Shown here: one piece after another, positions 41,880 to 61,680 of the stretch
Layout: every line of letters begins with the position of its first letter
Position numbering within the stretch: position 1 is the first letter of the stretch
The notes under the pieces: model-generated
Seen by the model: the letters and a program-made list of their open reading frames with translations, nothing else
Database searches by the model: none
What the model was told of the DNA's origin: nothing
Position numbers and translations under genes: made by a program
Assembly: GCA_002269645.1 (NCBI GenBank)
Contig: NIVC01000749.1
Location: forward strand, 186,001 to 250,000
Origin: Macrostomum lignano
Taxonomy: Eukaryota
Length of the DNA: 64,000 nt
Direction: 5' to 3'

Positions 41880-44376
41880 TCACAGGTAGGTGCATTTGTC
41901 AGCAGGTATGTGGCCGGAGTTGCCAACGTATCTGACTGCCACTCGACCGCTGGGTCGAATTGTCACCCAGGTGATGGAAGCGTGATCAAGGCTGAATCTG
42001 AGCCAAGCTTCCGGCGGAAGTTGCAAAGCTCGACAGACAAAGTAGCGAATGACGTTCGCGTGACAGACCAGCAGTTCATAGCTGTCAGACTGCTGGTCTG
42101 GCGCCGCGCGGTGGAAGAAGCGTCGGAATGCCGACTCGATACGGCGACCGTCCTGGGTGAAAGTCTCCGGGCTGGAATGGCGAGGATGGGTTACGGATGA
42201 GTCAGTAGGGTCACGGATGAGTCAGTAGGGTCACGGATGAGTCAGTAGGGTCACGGATGAGTCAGTAGGGTCACGGATGAGTCAGTAGGGTCACGGATGA
42301 GTCAGTAGGGTCACGGATGAGTCATGGATGGTTCATGGTTGAGTCAGTAGGGTCACGGATGAGTCATGGATGGTTCATGGTTGAGTCAGTAGGGTTACGG
42401 ATGAGTCATTAGGGTCACGGATGAGTCATGGTTGAGTCAGTAGGGTCACGGATGAGTCATGGTTGAGTCAGTAGGGTCACGGATGAGTCATGGATGGTTC
42501 ATGGTTGAGTCAGTAAGGTCACGGATGAGTCATGGATGGTTCATGGTTGAGTCAGTAGGGTCACGGATGAGTCATGGATGGGTCACGGTTGAGTCAGTAG
42601 ATCACGGAGATAAGTCAGTAAGGTCACGGAGATGAGTCAGTAGGGTCAGGGAGATTAGTCAGTTGGGTCACGGAGATGAGTCAGTAGGGTAAGGGAGATT
42701 AGTCAGTAAGGTCACGGAGATGAGTCAGTAGGGTCAGGGAGATTAGTCAGTAAGGTCACGGAGATGAGTCAGTAGGGTCACGGAGATGGGTCAGCAAGGT
42801 CACGGAGATGAGTCAGTAGGGTCACGGAGATGGGTCAGCAAGGTCACGGAGATGGGTCAGCAAGGTCACAGAGATGGGTCAACAACTTACGGTGGCTGGT
42901 AGTTGGCAGCTGGGGGTTCGGGCGGCACAGGTGCACCCTCCTCGAGCAGTCGGCAGGGCTCCACATCGAGGCCCTGCGGCAGGTGCCTAAGTATGGCCTC
43001 GGCGGTCTCGCGCGCCCGAGTCATGGTTGAGTAGCGGAGCGCGCGGAAACGAACATTCAGCTCGCGCAGTCGCTGACCGGTGAGGCTGGCCTGCTCACGA
43101 CCGAGCGCTGTGAGGCACTCCTGCGATGATGCAATGCAAATGCAATGGAGATAGTACGAAATGTCTGTGCAGATTGCAGAAACCCAGCCTTGATGCGGAA
43201 TGTACATAAACACACATGAAACCTACTGACACGGGAATGTACATAAACACACATGAAATCTACTGACACGGAATGTACATAAACACACATGAAATCTACT
43301 GACACGGAATGTACATAAACATACATGAAACCTACTGACACGGAATGTACATAAACACACATGAAACCTACTGACACGGAATGTACATAAACATACATGA
43401 AACCTACTGACACGGAATGTACATAAACACCCATGAAACCTACTGACACGAATGTACATAAACACACATGAAACCTACTGACACGGAATGTACATAAACA
43501 CACATGAAACCTACTGACACGGAATGTACATAAACACACATGAAATCTACTGACACGGAATGTACATAAACATACATGAAACCTACTGACACGGAATGTA
43601 CATAAACACACATGAAACCTACTGACACGGGAATGTACATAAACATACATGAAACCTACTGACACGGAATGTACATAAACACCCATGAAACCTACTGACA
43701 CGAATGTACATAAACACACATGAAACCTACTGACACGGAATGTACATAAACACACATGAAACCTACTGACACGGAATGTACATAAACATACATGAAACCT
43801 ACTGACACGGAATGTACATAAACACACATTAAATCTACTGACACGGAATGCACATAAACACACATGAAACCTACAGACACGGAATGTACATAAACACACA
43901 TGAAACCTACTGACACGGGAATGTACATAAACACACATGAAACCTACTGACACGGGAATGTACATATTACATTAACACATGAAACTTACATGACACTGAA
44001 TATACATAAAAACACATGAAATTCACTGACACGTACACTGTACGCATCCGTACACTGAACCGAACCTAAGCAAACCTACCTGTTCATACTGAGCATGCCG
44101 CACCAGCAGCAGGTGCCTACTAAACCGTGACTGCTCAGCCGCCGCCCCAACCAAGCCTCTCTGCCTCAGCAGGCTCAGGATGCCGCCAATGCCGCCCAGA
44201 CCCGTGCCAACATCGTCCCAGTTGCTGTTCCATCTGGCTGGCCAGTCCCACAGCAGCCTCAGGCCGTCGCTCAGGTGAGAGTGACCGTCTTCTAACCTGC
44301 GCTGGCAGTACCGATAGACACCAAAAGCTGCCGCTGTGCCGAAAAGTGCAGCGCATTTTCTTAGTACGCTTGCCAT
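41880..44376 (-). CDS. PGAM5: PGAM5 mitochondrial Ser/Thr phosphatase (~272 aa). Exons 44376-44080, 43120-42891, 42171-41880
   Basis: N-terminal hydrophobic anchor, WNSNWD (WDxNWD motif), RHAQY catalytic motif, [56 protein letters not shown]; GT-AG introns in phases 0 and 2. Confidence 0.94.
42188..42880. repeat. 20-bp minisatellite (CACGGATGAGTCAGTAGGGT)n and variants filling PGAM5 intron 2
   Basis: Directly visible; ends about 10-15 nt from both splice sites. Confidence 0.95.
43196..44030. repeat. 36-bp minisatellite (ACACGGAATGTACATAAACACACATGAAACCTACTG)n filling PGAM5 intron 1
   Basis: Directly visible. Confidence 0.96.
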
Positions 44377-44449
44377 TTGCACTGGGAATTGAGCTTGATT
44401 TGCACTGGGAATTGACATGCAATTAAAGAAATTTGAAACAGGTTAAGGC

Positions 44450-46335
44450 CAATTTTCTAAGAAACTCTAGATGAATTAATTATGACTTTCTAAGTAACTC
44501 TAGATGAATTAATTATGACATTCTAAGAAACTCTAGATGAATTAATTATGACTTTCTAAGAAACTCTAGATGAATTAATTATGACATTCTAAGAAACTCT
44601 AGATGAATTTATTGCGATTTTCTTTGAAACTCTAGATCAATTACGAGTAATTTTCTAAGAAACCCTAGGTGAATTTAGTGCAATTTTCATAGAAACTCTA
44701 GATGAATTAATTATGATTTTCTAAAAAACTCTAGATGAATTAATTATGACTTTCTAAGAAACTCTAGATGAATTAATTATGACATTCTAAGAAACTCTAG
44801 ATGAATTTATTGCGATTTTCTTTGAAACTCTAGATCAATTACGAGTAATTTTCTAAGAAACCCTAGGTGAATTTATTGCGATTTTCTAAGAAACTCTAGA
44901 TGAATTAATTATGATTTTCTAAGAAACTCTAGATGAATTAATTATGATTTTCTAAGAAACTCTAGATGAATTTATTGCGATTTTCTAAAAAACTCTAGAT
45001 GAATTAATTATGATTTTCTAAGAAACTCTAGATGAATTTATTGCGATTTTCTAAGAAACTCTAGATGAATTAATTATGACTTTCTAAGAAACTTTAGATG
45101 AATTAATTGCAGTTTTCTAAGAAACTCTAGATGAATTTATCTAGATGAATTTATTGCGATTTTCTAAGAAACTCTAGATGAATTTATTGCGATTTTCTAA
45201 GAAACTCTAGATGAATTTATTGCAGTTTTCTAAGAAACTCTAGATGAATTTATTGCGATTTTCTAAGAAACTCTAGATGAATTTATTGCGATTTTCTAAG
45301 AAACTCTAGATGAATTAATTGCAGTTTTCTAAGAAACTCTAGATGAATTTATTGCGATTTTCTAAGAAACTCTAGATGAATTAATTGCAGTTTTCTAAGA
45401 AACTCTATATGAATTATTTATGATTTTCTAAGAAACTCTAGATGAATTTATTGCGATTTTCTAAAAAACTCTAGATGAATTAATTATGATTTTCTAAGAA
45501 ACTCTAGATGAATTAATTATGATTTTCTAAAAAACTCTAGATGAATTAATTATGACTTTCTAAGAAACTCTAGATGAATTATGATTTTCTAAGAAACTCT
45601 AGATAAATTAATTATGATTTTCTAAGAAACGCTAGATGAATTAATTATGATTTTCTAAGAAACTCTAGACGAATTATTTATGACTTTCTAAGAAATTCTA
45701 GATGAATTAATTATGACTTTCTAAGAAACTCTAGATGAATTATTTATGACTTTCTAAGAAATTCTAGATGAATTAATTATGACTTTCTAAGAAACTCTAG
45801 ATGAATTATTTATGACTTTCTAAGAAACTCTAGATGAATTAATTATGACTTTCTAAGAAACTCTAGATGAATTGATTATGACTTTCTAAGAAACTCTAGA
45901 TGAATTAATTATGATTTTTTTAAGAAACTCTAGATGAATTAATTAGGACTTTCTAAGAAACTCTAGATGAATTATTTATGATTTTCTAAGAAACTCTAGA
46001 TGAATTAATTATGACTTTCTAAGAAGCTCTAGATGAATTAATTATGATTTTCTAAGAAACTCTAGATGAATTAATTATGATTTTCTAAGAAACTCTAGAT
46101 GAATTTATTGCTTTTTTCAAAGAAACTCTAGATCAATTACGAGTAATTTTCTAAGAAACCCTAGGTGAATTTTTTGCGATTTTCTTAGAAACTCTAAATG
46201 AATTTATTGCAGTTTTCTAAGAAACTCTAGATGAATTTATTGCGATTTTCTAAGAAACTCTAGATCAATTACGAGTAATTTTCTAAGAAACCCTAGGTGA
46301 ATTTAGTGCAATTTTCTAAGAAACTCTAGATGCTT
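44450..46335. repeat. 33-bp AT-rich satellite (TTCTAAGAAACTCTAGATGAATTAATTATGACT)n between the USP 3' end and the PGAM5 start
   Basis: About 55 units, directly visible, with recurring variant dimers. Confidence 0.96.
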
Positions 46336-46948
46336 CAAGGTCAATTTTGTAAGAAACTCTATATGATTAAAGGCTGATTTTCAGAGAATTCCTGGTCAGT
46401 TAAACTTAAACTTAGTATCTAAGCGACAAACGCAAAAAATGAAATTAAAAGAAGAGATGATAAGAAAGGTCAGCAGTTATGATGCATATATGTGTATGTA
46501 TATTTTAGGCCAAGAAACAGTTGTTGAGTCAAAATCAAAGGCAGCTCCATCTATCGGAGCAGGTCTCTAGAGTACTACTAGCCAGAAACTTTAATGGGGT
46601 TTGAAAGGGTATTAGAGAAAATGATAACGGATTACTTGGTTAAGCCGTTATCAAAGCACAAAATTAGCTAAATAATAATAACAAAACTCAATTGAAAAGC
46701 CAGGTTTACATGTATATAAAATCCTTACTACATGTCTGAAGTCTGACTAACACTGTTTAAGCAAAACTTATAAATAACATCAGGATGTTGACCTTGTCAA
46801 GTATGGAGTACTTGGTCGGTAATATGTATGCAGCATATACTCACTGATTGATATACCTATAGCCACTGCTGGGTAGATAACCCTATACAGAGTCACTGAT
46901 GGGTAGATATCCCTATATAGAGAGTCACTGATAGGTAGATATCCTATC

Positions 46949-53543
<6,595 letters not shown>

Positions 53544-54539
53544 GACTACCGAATATTAATAGCTGAAGGCCAATGACACTGATAAGCTACATGAAGTAGG
53601 AAAAATAGAAAGAGTAGATTAAATGCAAAAATAGCTAATAATCCAGTAGGACCCTAAATTTGAAGAAATAAAAGAAACTAGATATATTTTTCATTAACCA
53701 ATATGATCAATTGCTTATGGGCTAACATTAGCATGGACTTTGATCGTATACTAGTAGATCATATCTACACTCTTATTCTATTAATAAAGAACTAGGATGC
53801 ATTCAGTTTAAAAAATTAATTTAACAATGGACTTTCTATCTACAAGACTACAACCCTAGTATTAACGGCGTTAACGCTAAGAGATATGAAATTTTAGAAA
53901 TCAATTTCTGATCTTAAAGTAATATTTTCAGTAAAGAACTAGGTGTAACACAATTAAAATTTAATCTAGTTTAATCTTCAAAGCCTATTTTTATTTCAAA
54001 TTGACATTTTTAATTGTGTTTACACTTATACCTATTTTTCAATGCTTTATGGTAGGTACATGTGCCCTTGTCTATTGTATAGTGTGCAATACACTTTTGG
54101 ACTGGCAGGGGGTGTCCCTCCCTAGCCATATGCCCTGCCCCATGCTCTATGCTAATTGGCTAAATCTAGGCCTAGCTTTGGTATAGATGCTGCACCCCCT
54201 GTACCTAGGTAGGATTTTGATTGGCTGGCCAAGTGCATGGTTTTGTGGCTAAGCCAATAGGGCTATCTGCCCCTAGGCCTAGGTTTACTTATTTGTTATT
54301 GACTAGTGCTCTTTCTCTTGCATTCCTTAGTCCTTTTCGTATTGCACAAATCTAGTCCTAGTGACTATTGGATTCTACTATAAAAGCTAAAAGAAATCCA
54401 AAGATTAAGTCAGAGAAAAACAAATATTAATGTTGGAAATGAAATTATGAAAATGAAATGAATACCAATAAATAAAAGCTAAAAAATCAAAGAAATAGCA
54501 CTAGTTGAATTTTGCAAGCAAGTTTTACTTGAGCACTAG

Positions 54540-54834
54540 CATACATGCACAATAGTCGGCCGAGTCGGCCGATCCAGTTGACCAATTTGGCGGCCAACCA
54601 AGGAAGTTGCAAAAATTCCCACCTAAAAAACAACTAAGTGTAGTACTAAGTAGCTGACGGGGCATTTTGGCTTTATAAGACAGTTATAGTTACTCCTGCC
54701 GTTTACCCAAAGTTGCGTTAATTTTGCTTTAGGTTTCTTTACTTGTAAGTTGCATTTTTGGCCAAAAACTAAGTTGCATTTTTGTTAAATCTAAGTCGCA
54801 TGGCCGACTAAATTTTGGAGGTTGCGCATGTATG
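54540..54834. mobile_element. hAT-like MITE, copy A (295 bp)
   Basis: TIR CATACATGC(A/G)CAA...TTGCGCATGTATG; degenerate 8-bp flanks AGCACTAG / TGCACTTG; inverted homologue of 56164-56462. Confidence 0.75.
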
Positions 54835-56163
54835 TGCACTTGGCAAGAAAAAATGGCAAATGATTTATAGTAAAATGGCAAAAATATTTTAGTATAGTCT
54901 CTTGATACATTTTAGGCCTAAGAGTGACTTTTTAGGCATTTTTGAAAAGGTTTTAGCTATTCTAGTTGTACTATATTTATTTTTTTATTGATATTACAAT
55001 ATATAATAAATCTATAAAAAGCTAAAAAACTGCTATATTGGTTGAGCATAGAAATTGATTAGTGTACAATATGATTATATGCATGCAAGCTTGCATCAAA
55101 TACATACAAAAATGATCAGAGTGCTTCATATTAATAGGCAATATATAATACAAAAATATATAAAAATAGAATAGATGATACAAAAAGTGTAAAAACTATT
55201 TTATTTTTATTAAACAAACATTTTAAGCCATTTGATTAATTTTCAAAAAAATACCTAAAAGTGTCTTTATATTTTGTCAAGTAAGATTAAAAAATAATTT
55301 TACACATTGACTAATTGGTATTAGGCCTCAACTGCTTAAGTATATTGACAATAGTTTTTTAATTTTTTAATGAAATTCTAAACTAGGCCCTAATATATTA
55401 CTAGGCCTAATTAAGACCTTTATTATAGGGAACTAAGACAAGCTCTAAACTATACTGTATGTCCCCTTTCTAATGCCAAGTCTTACCAGCGCATTGTTAC
55501 TTATAGGCTATACTGCTAGAGACCAATCTATATTAGGCCTAGATACTATCTATGATATGCCAATGGACATTGGCTTCAAAAGGTCATGAAAACTATATTA
55601 GCTATACTATTAGCTTATGATCTTGACTAGATCTACATGTAGGCCTTATACTTAGGCTTTTTTCTTACAAATTTTTGTGAGATTTAGCATAGGCAAGATA
55701 GGCCTAATTGCTCCAATTTTAAAAATTTGCTAGGGCCTAAGAAAGCAGATAGGGCCTAATTATAACTATTACTCTAGGTTTTTTTGTCAAAATTATTATG
55801 CTATTTGGCATAATGGCATCAAAATTTTTATGCCATTTTCAATTTTGACATGCCATTGGCATAGACCTAAAATGTAAAATAGCACTTTGTGAGCCCATAT
55901 TAGTGTTTCCTTTTAGATTCAGATGGGAGCAACAATAGCTTGCCAGTTTGGAAAATGTAAAAGCAAAACTGAAATTTAGAATTGGAGATTTAGCATTACC
56001 TGCATTGGCAATTTGGTAATAGCATAATGGCAAAAATTGTAATGCCATTTTGGCATACTAGCATCAAAATCATTATGCCATTTTTAATTTTGACATGTCA
56101 TGGCATGCCTATGACACAAAAAACTAGCTACCACTTCCATTAATAATAGGGTACAATTGCATA

Positions 56164-56462
56164 CATACATGCGCAACTTCCAAAATTCGGTCAGCCGTGC
56201 GACTTAGTTTTAACAAAAATGCGACGTAGTTTTTGGCCAAAAATGCGACTTCCATGTAAAAAAACCTTAAAATTAAAAATTAACGCAACTTTGGGTAAAC
56301 GGCAGGAGTAACTATGACTGTCTTATTAACCAAAAATGCCTCGTCAGCTACTTAGTACTACTACTTGGTGTTTTTCTTGGGTGGCATTTTTGCGACTTCC
56401 TTGGTTGGCTGCCAAATTGGTCGGCCGGATCGGCCGACTCGGCCGACTGTTGCGCATGTATG
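56164..56462. mobile_element. hAT-like MITE, copy B (299 bp)
   Basis: Perfect 13-bp TIR CATACATGCGCAA and perfect 8-bp TSD ATTGCATA (56156-56163, 56463-56470); an 8-bp TSD is typical of hAT. Confidence 0.85.
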
Positions 56463-59400
56463 ATTGCATATATAGGCAAAGGGAGAAATAAGGCCCCCTA
56501 GGCCCTAATTTTCATAATGTCAAAACCAGAACCTTCCATAAGACCTATATTTCATAAACCCTAATTTTTACAATATCAAAAATAAGGAATGCAATAGATT
56601 TCCCAACACCTAAATTTCATAAGCCCTAAATTTCATAATACCTAAAAACTATAAAGATACAATATTTTTTACAAGCCTTAAATTTCATAAGCCCTAAATT
56701 TTACAAGCCATAAATTTCACAATGCACAAAAACTATAGAGATACAATCTTTTTTTACAATCCTTCTATATCTCCATAGTGCTTTTTAGGCATTGTGAAAT
56801 TTATGGCTTGTAAAAGATTGTATCTAAGTATCTCCATAGTGCTTTTAGGCATTATGAAATTTAAGGCTTGTGAAATTTATAGGCCTAGTTTATATAGTCT
56901 AATGCAAGTTTTGTTTTTGATGTTGTGAAAATTAGGGTTTATGAAATTTAGAGCTTATGAAAGTTTGTGTCTTGTGACCTTGTGAAATTTAGGGTTTGTT
57001 TATGAAAGCAATTGGATATATCTTCTTTGACCTCCTATGGGGCTCTGGGATCTGGTCTAATATGGGGAGGGGCAATAGTATAATAATTGGTATGACCGTA
57101 TGGTATTGCATAAGTTATGCCTACTTTATCACAATATAATAAATCTCTAAGATCTGTCAAATTTGTGATCTTGGAAAAAACCACCTCTGTACTTGAACTT
57201 AATTTGTGACAAGATGACCATTATTATTTGATGAAATTAAGAATTTCAACTTTAAATGATATAGGCCTATATATATATAACAGGAGCTAACTTTATGAGC
57301 CAAAAAAATTCAAATTCAGATTCAATATTTTTTTGTAATTAATAAAAGAAAACTTCAATAGAAAATTTTGACTAGAAGATGGGGCAGCATCATTAATGCA
57401 TTATCAGTTTTGTTAAATTGTTTTTAATGTAAAAAAATGATGCAAAAAATTGACTTATCTCAAACCACCTTTTCTAACTTCTCATTTAAAGATTTACTAA
57501 AAATGCTATAACTTTTTTATTATTGGACTAAATTTTATAAGTGAGGTGTCAAAATACTCCTGTAGTCATCTATCTGATAAAACAAAGAAAAAAATAATTT
57601 TCCTAATTTTCAAAATCTTACTAAAATGCCTAACTACAGTATCTATGCTTTTTGGTGATTCTGCTTTCTGGTATTGTATTTATGGATTTTCAGATTTATA
57701 GTGCTCATGGATTTATCATTTATGGTTTCACCTATCGGCTATCCATCATATCACCTCAATAAAATATATTGAGAGACTTAAATAGGCCTAAAAAAGCAAG
57801 ACAGACACCTGCAAGGCATACATGATACATAGGCCTAATAAATATAGTAGGCCTATGTAATATTCAAATACAATAAATTGCATAATATTATTATTATAAA
57901 TAATCAAAGTGAAAATTTAGGGGCCTATATATAATTCTTCGTTCTTGACAAACTATTGATAGAATTAGAAAGTTGTAACGATAAATTAGGCCTAGCTCAT
58001 TAATAGGCCTATGCCATGGATGGTGGTAGTTAGCCTAACCAGGCCTTCTAACGTGATGTCATCCGCCCGTCCCGTCTCGACTAAGCGTACAGTCGCAGGT
58101 TCAAAGCTATGCCTATTCAATATTACTTTATACGTCTTTATGCAATGCAATTATGCATGTTCAGCAGTGTTCACAATTGTTCCGTGGAAGAAGGACAGCA
58201 AGTCCATCCGTCCCCGTCGTCCAAAACCTAAATCATTCTCTCTTAGAGTTCTCTCCATATAAAAATATTAATCAAAATGTAAATTTTAGTTACTAATTTG
58301 TTTCTAAAATTCATATACTTTTGCTAAAATTCATTTTTGTTTTTTTGTTACCAGTAACTTCTGAAGCGCAAATTTAAAATATTAACGTCATGCGTAAAAA
58401 TGTTACGTGCGTGTACACTTTGCCACTGCATGGTTTTTGTGCAAAAAGTTACACTTTAAAACTAAAAAATGTATGGTCAACAAGATCATTTTAGGTCAAT
58501 CCTACATCGATGCAAAAAGCCTCTAGCTGATGCTATACCGTTAGTATGCTTTTCAGATAAAGCCCGGAGACCAGAGAGCATGTTGCTATATACACTGCAT
58601 GCAATCACTATATGTTAAATTGACAGCCTCAGTCCATATCCTGCACATGCCCAAAATAAGGGACACATAATGCAGCTATATTTATAATTGTCACTCAACA
58701 CTGCATGGGTTGAAAGTACAGAATAACATGCAATTGAAACACGTCGTCGTCAATTGACTCTACGAATAGACAATGAACCTTTGTATGCTTCAAAGTGCAT
58801 TTGTGTATGTTTCCTCTCCTGCTTTAGTTTGATCTTGGTATTCAGATCTAGGGGGTGATCAGGGGTGGTACCCTAGTTGACAATGGCTTTAAACACACTT
58901 TCATGTACTGTATAGCCACGAGGGGGCCGTCTTGCTGATAAAACTATACACATGTATATCAGAGCAGTTGGGTCAATTTTTTCTCCTGCTTTTCTCGATT
59001 TTCTGGGGTGCTTTTTTTGTTCATGTCTACATTGCTTTTTGGCTGTCTTTTTCTTATTCTCAATTGCCTTCCATTATTTTTTGGTTCCGTCTGTTTTCTA
59101 AATTCTAATTTTCGAAACTTCACTTTCCGAGATTACACGTACTGCTCTTATAAGACCGGTCTAAATCTGCTGCCATTGGGCTTACCTTGTATTTTGTTTA
59201 AAAACAGGACACTCGTTCCGTCCTTCGTAGTTCTAATAGGCCAATCGTCTCCAATTTAAATTCAAAATCTTTGAGAAAATCTTTGTCAGCTGATGGCTGT
59301 CAAAAATTGCCGTACTACCAGAGAGAAAGGCAATTGGCTATGACTAAAATTCAGTTATTCGTATCTTTGTGTATTTCTTATTTGACATATAGGTGTTATT

Positions 59401-60419
59401 ACTCTAGTGAGAGTTTGTCCATGACAAAATCTCATTCGTATTCTATCTTTCTTTCTTTCAATTTTTATACATATATGTGCACCGTATACACGCTTATACA
59501 ATACAGTACTTGCGAAATTTGCAATTAATTGGATCGAAACTATATATTCTCAGAGACAATTGGTTCCACGTGACTTGCTGAGCATATACATGTTACAAGC
59601 GCGGATACAAGAACAACAGGGTGTACCAGTGGCACTGACGTCTAATAGTCAAAACAGGTCATGTGTACACTGTGCTTTGGGGGTTGGCCTTCATAAGTGT
59701 GAATCGCACAACAACTTCTCGGCCAAAATTTTGTGCACCAGCCCCAAATTAATGTGACTACTCAAAGTACCAGGAGATTTATTGAAGCTAGAGAGATATA
59801 GCACGCATCAAGCATCCATACACAGAAGTGCTCGCATTACTAAGGTGCGAAAGAATAGGAATTAGTTGTGTACTTTTCGCTGAATTGCATTTTTAGATTG
59901 ATATATACTCGTAGGAAGCATTCAATGTAGCAAGAATAGATGAATGAACAAGTTTCGCTACTACAAGTAGCAATGCGAGCATTGTATTTGAAGTTTAAAA
60001 CATACATGTATATAAGTAAAACATATATTGGTGGAATTATTTTTAAAACAATAAGTTAAGAGCTTTTTTCGCGAACTACGTTCGTACAAAGAGCGGAATA
60101 TTTATAGTGTATATCTGATTTATTTTAACTAAAATGGGAAAAGTCTATAATCACCTTGTAACAAAATTGGAGGGTTGTAGTACTAGATTATTGCTTAAGG
60201 GATTTTTCGCAATGAAAAAAGCGACTAGTTATATTTAATAAATGCACTGCGCCACCATGTACAAGCGATGCATGACCGCAAAATGTTCCGAGTGAACTAC
60301 ACGGTATGAGAAAATAAAACAAAAGCATCTCTTAACTATATAGAAAAGTAGTAACTTTGTTCGATGAAAATTAAGGTGAATATTGTTGATTAGAATGTTC
60401 AGTCACGTGACTTACTGTT

Positions 60420-61680
60420 GCCCAGAATCCCTTCCAGGTGTCTTAGATTCCTATAAATTATGCGTCCAAGATTCCCAATGCAGGTGTCCGAGAATCCCAA
60501 GGGCGTCTAAGATTACTAAACCTGTCAGGTTTTTGAGATTCCATCGGCAGGCGTCGAAGATTCACTCTAGCAGGTGTCCAAGAATTTCTATTTGGTATCC
60601 GAGATTCCCCAATCAGCTGTCCAAGATTCCCCATCCAGATGTCCGAGATACTTAAATCGTGTCCGAGATTTCCGCAATCAGCTGTCCAAGATTCCCAAAT
60701 CAGATGTCCGAGATACCTAAATCGTGTCCGAGATTTCCAAATCAGATATCCAAGATTCCCCAATCAGATGTCCGAGATACCTAAATCGTGTCCGAGATTT
60801 CCAAATCAGATATCCAAGATTCCCCAATCAGATGTCCGAGATACCTAAATCGTGTCCGAGATTTCCAAATCAGATATCCAAGATTCCCCAATCAGATGTC
60901 CGAGATACCTAAATCGTGTCCGAGATTTCCAAATCAGATATCCAAGATTCCCCAATCAGATGTCCGAGATACCTAAATTGTGTCCGAGATTTCCAAATCA
61001 GATATCCAAGATTCCCCAATCAGATGTCCGAGATACCTAAATTGTGTCCGAGATTTCCAAATCAGATATCCAAGATTCCCCAATCAGATGTCCGAGATAC
61101 CTAAATCGTGTCCGAGATTTCCAAATCAGATATCCAAGATTCCCCAATCAGATGTCCGAGATACCTAAATCGTGTCCGAGATTTCCAAATCAGATATCCA
61201 AGATTCCCCAATCAGATATCCGAGATTCCTAAATTGTGTCCGAGATTTCCAAATCAGATATCCAAGATTCCCCAATCAGATATCCGAGATTCCTAAATTG
61301 TGTCCGAGATTTCCAAATCAGATATCCAAGATTCCCCAATCAGATGTCCGAGATACCTAAATCGTGTCCGAGATTTCCAAATCAGATGCCCGATATTCCT
61401 AATTCAAGTGTCCGAAATTCCCCAACCAGATGGCCGAGATTCCCAAATCGGGTTTTTGAGATTCCACAATCAGGTGTCCGAGATTCCTTCCAGCAGGTGT
61501 CCAAAAACCTTATCCAGTGTCCGAGATTCCCTAATCAGGTGATTTTCCAATCATGTGTCAAGGACCCCCTCAAGCAGGTGTCCGAGAATCCCTTCCAGAT
61601 GTCTAGGATTTCTAAATCAGCTGTGTCCGAGATTCCTCAATCAGGTGTCACTAAGGTCCCTCACCAGTGTCAAATATGTC
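60420..61680. repeat. 64-bp satellite built from three ~21-bp subunits
   Basis: Core unit GATGTCCGAGATACCTAAATCGTGTCCGAGATTTCCAAATCAGATATCCAAGATTCCCCAATCA; the ORF track repeats every 64 bp; flanks are degenerate. Confidence 0.95.
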
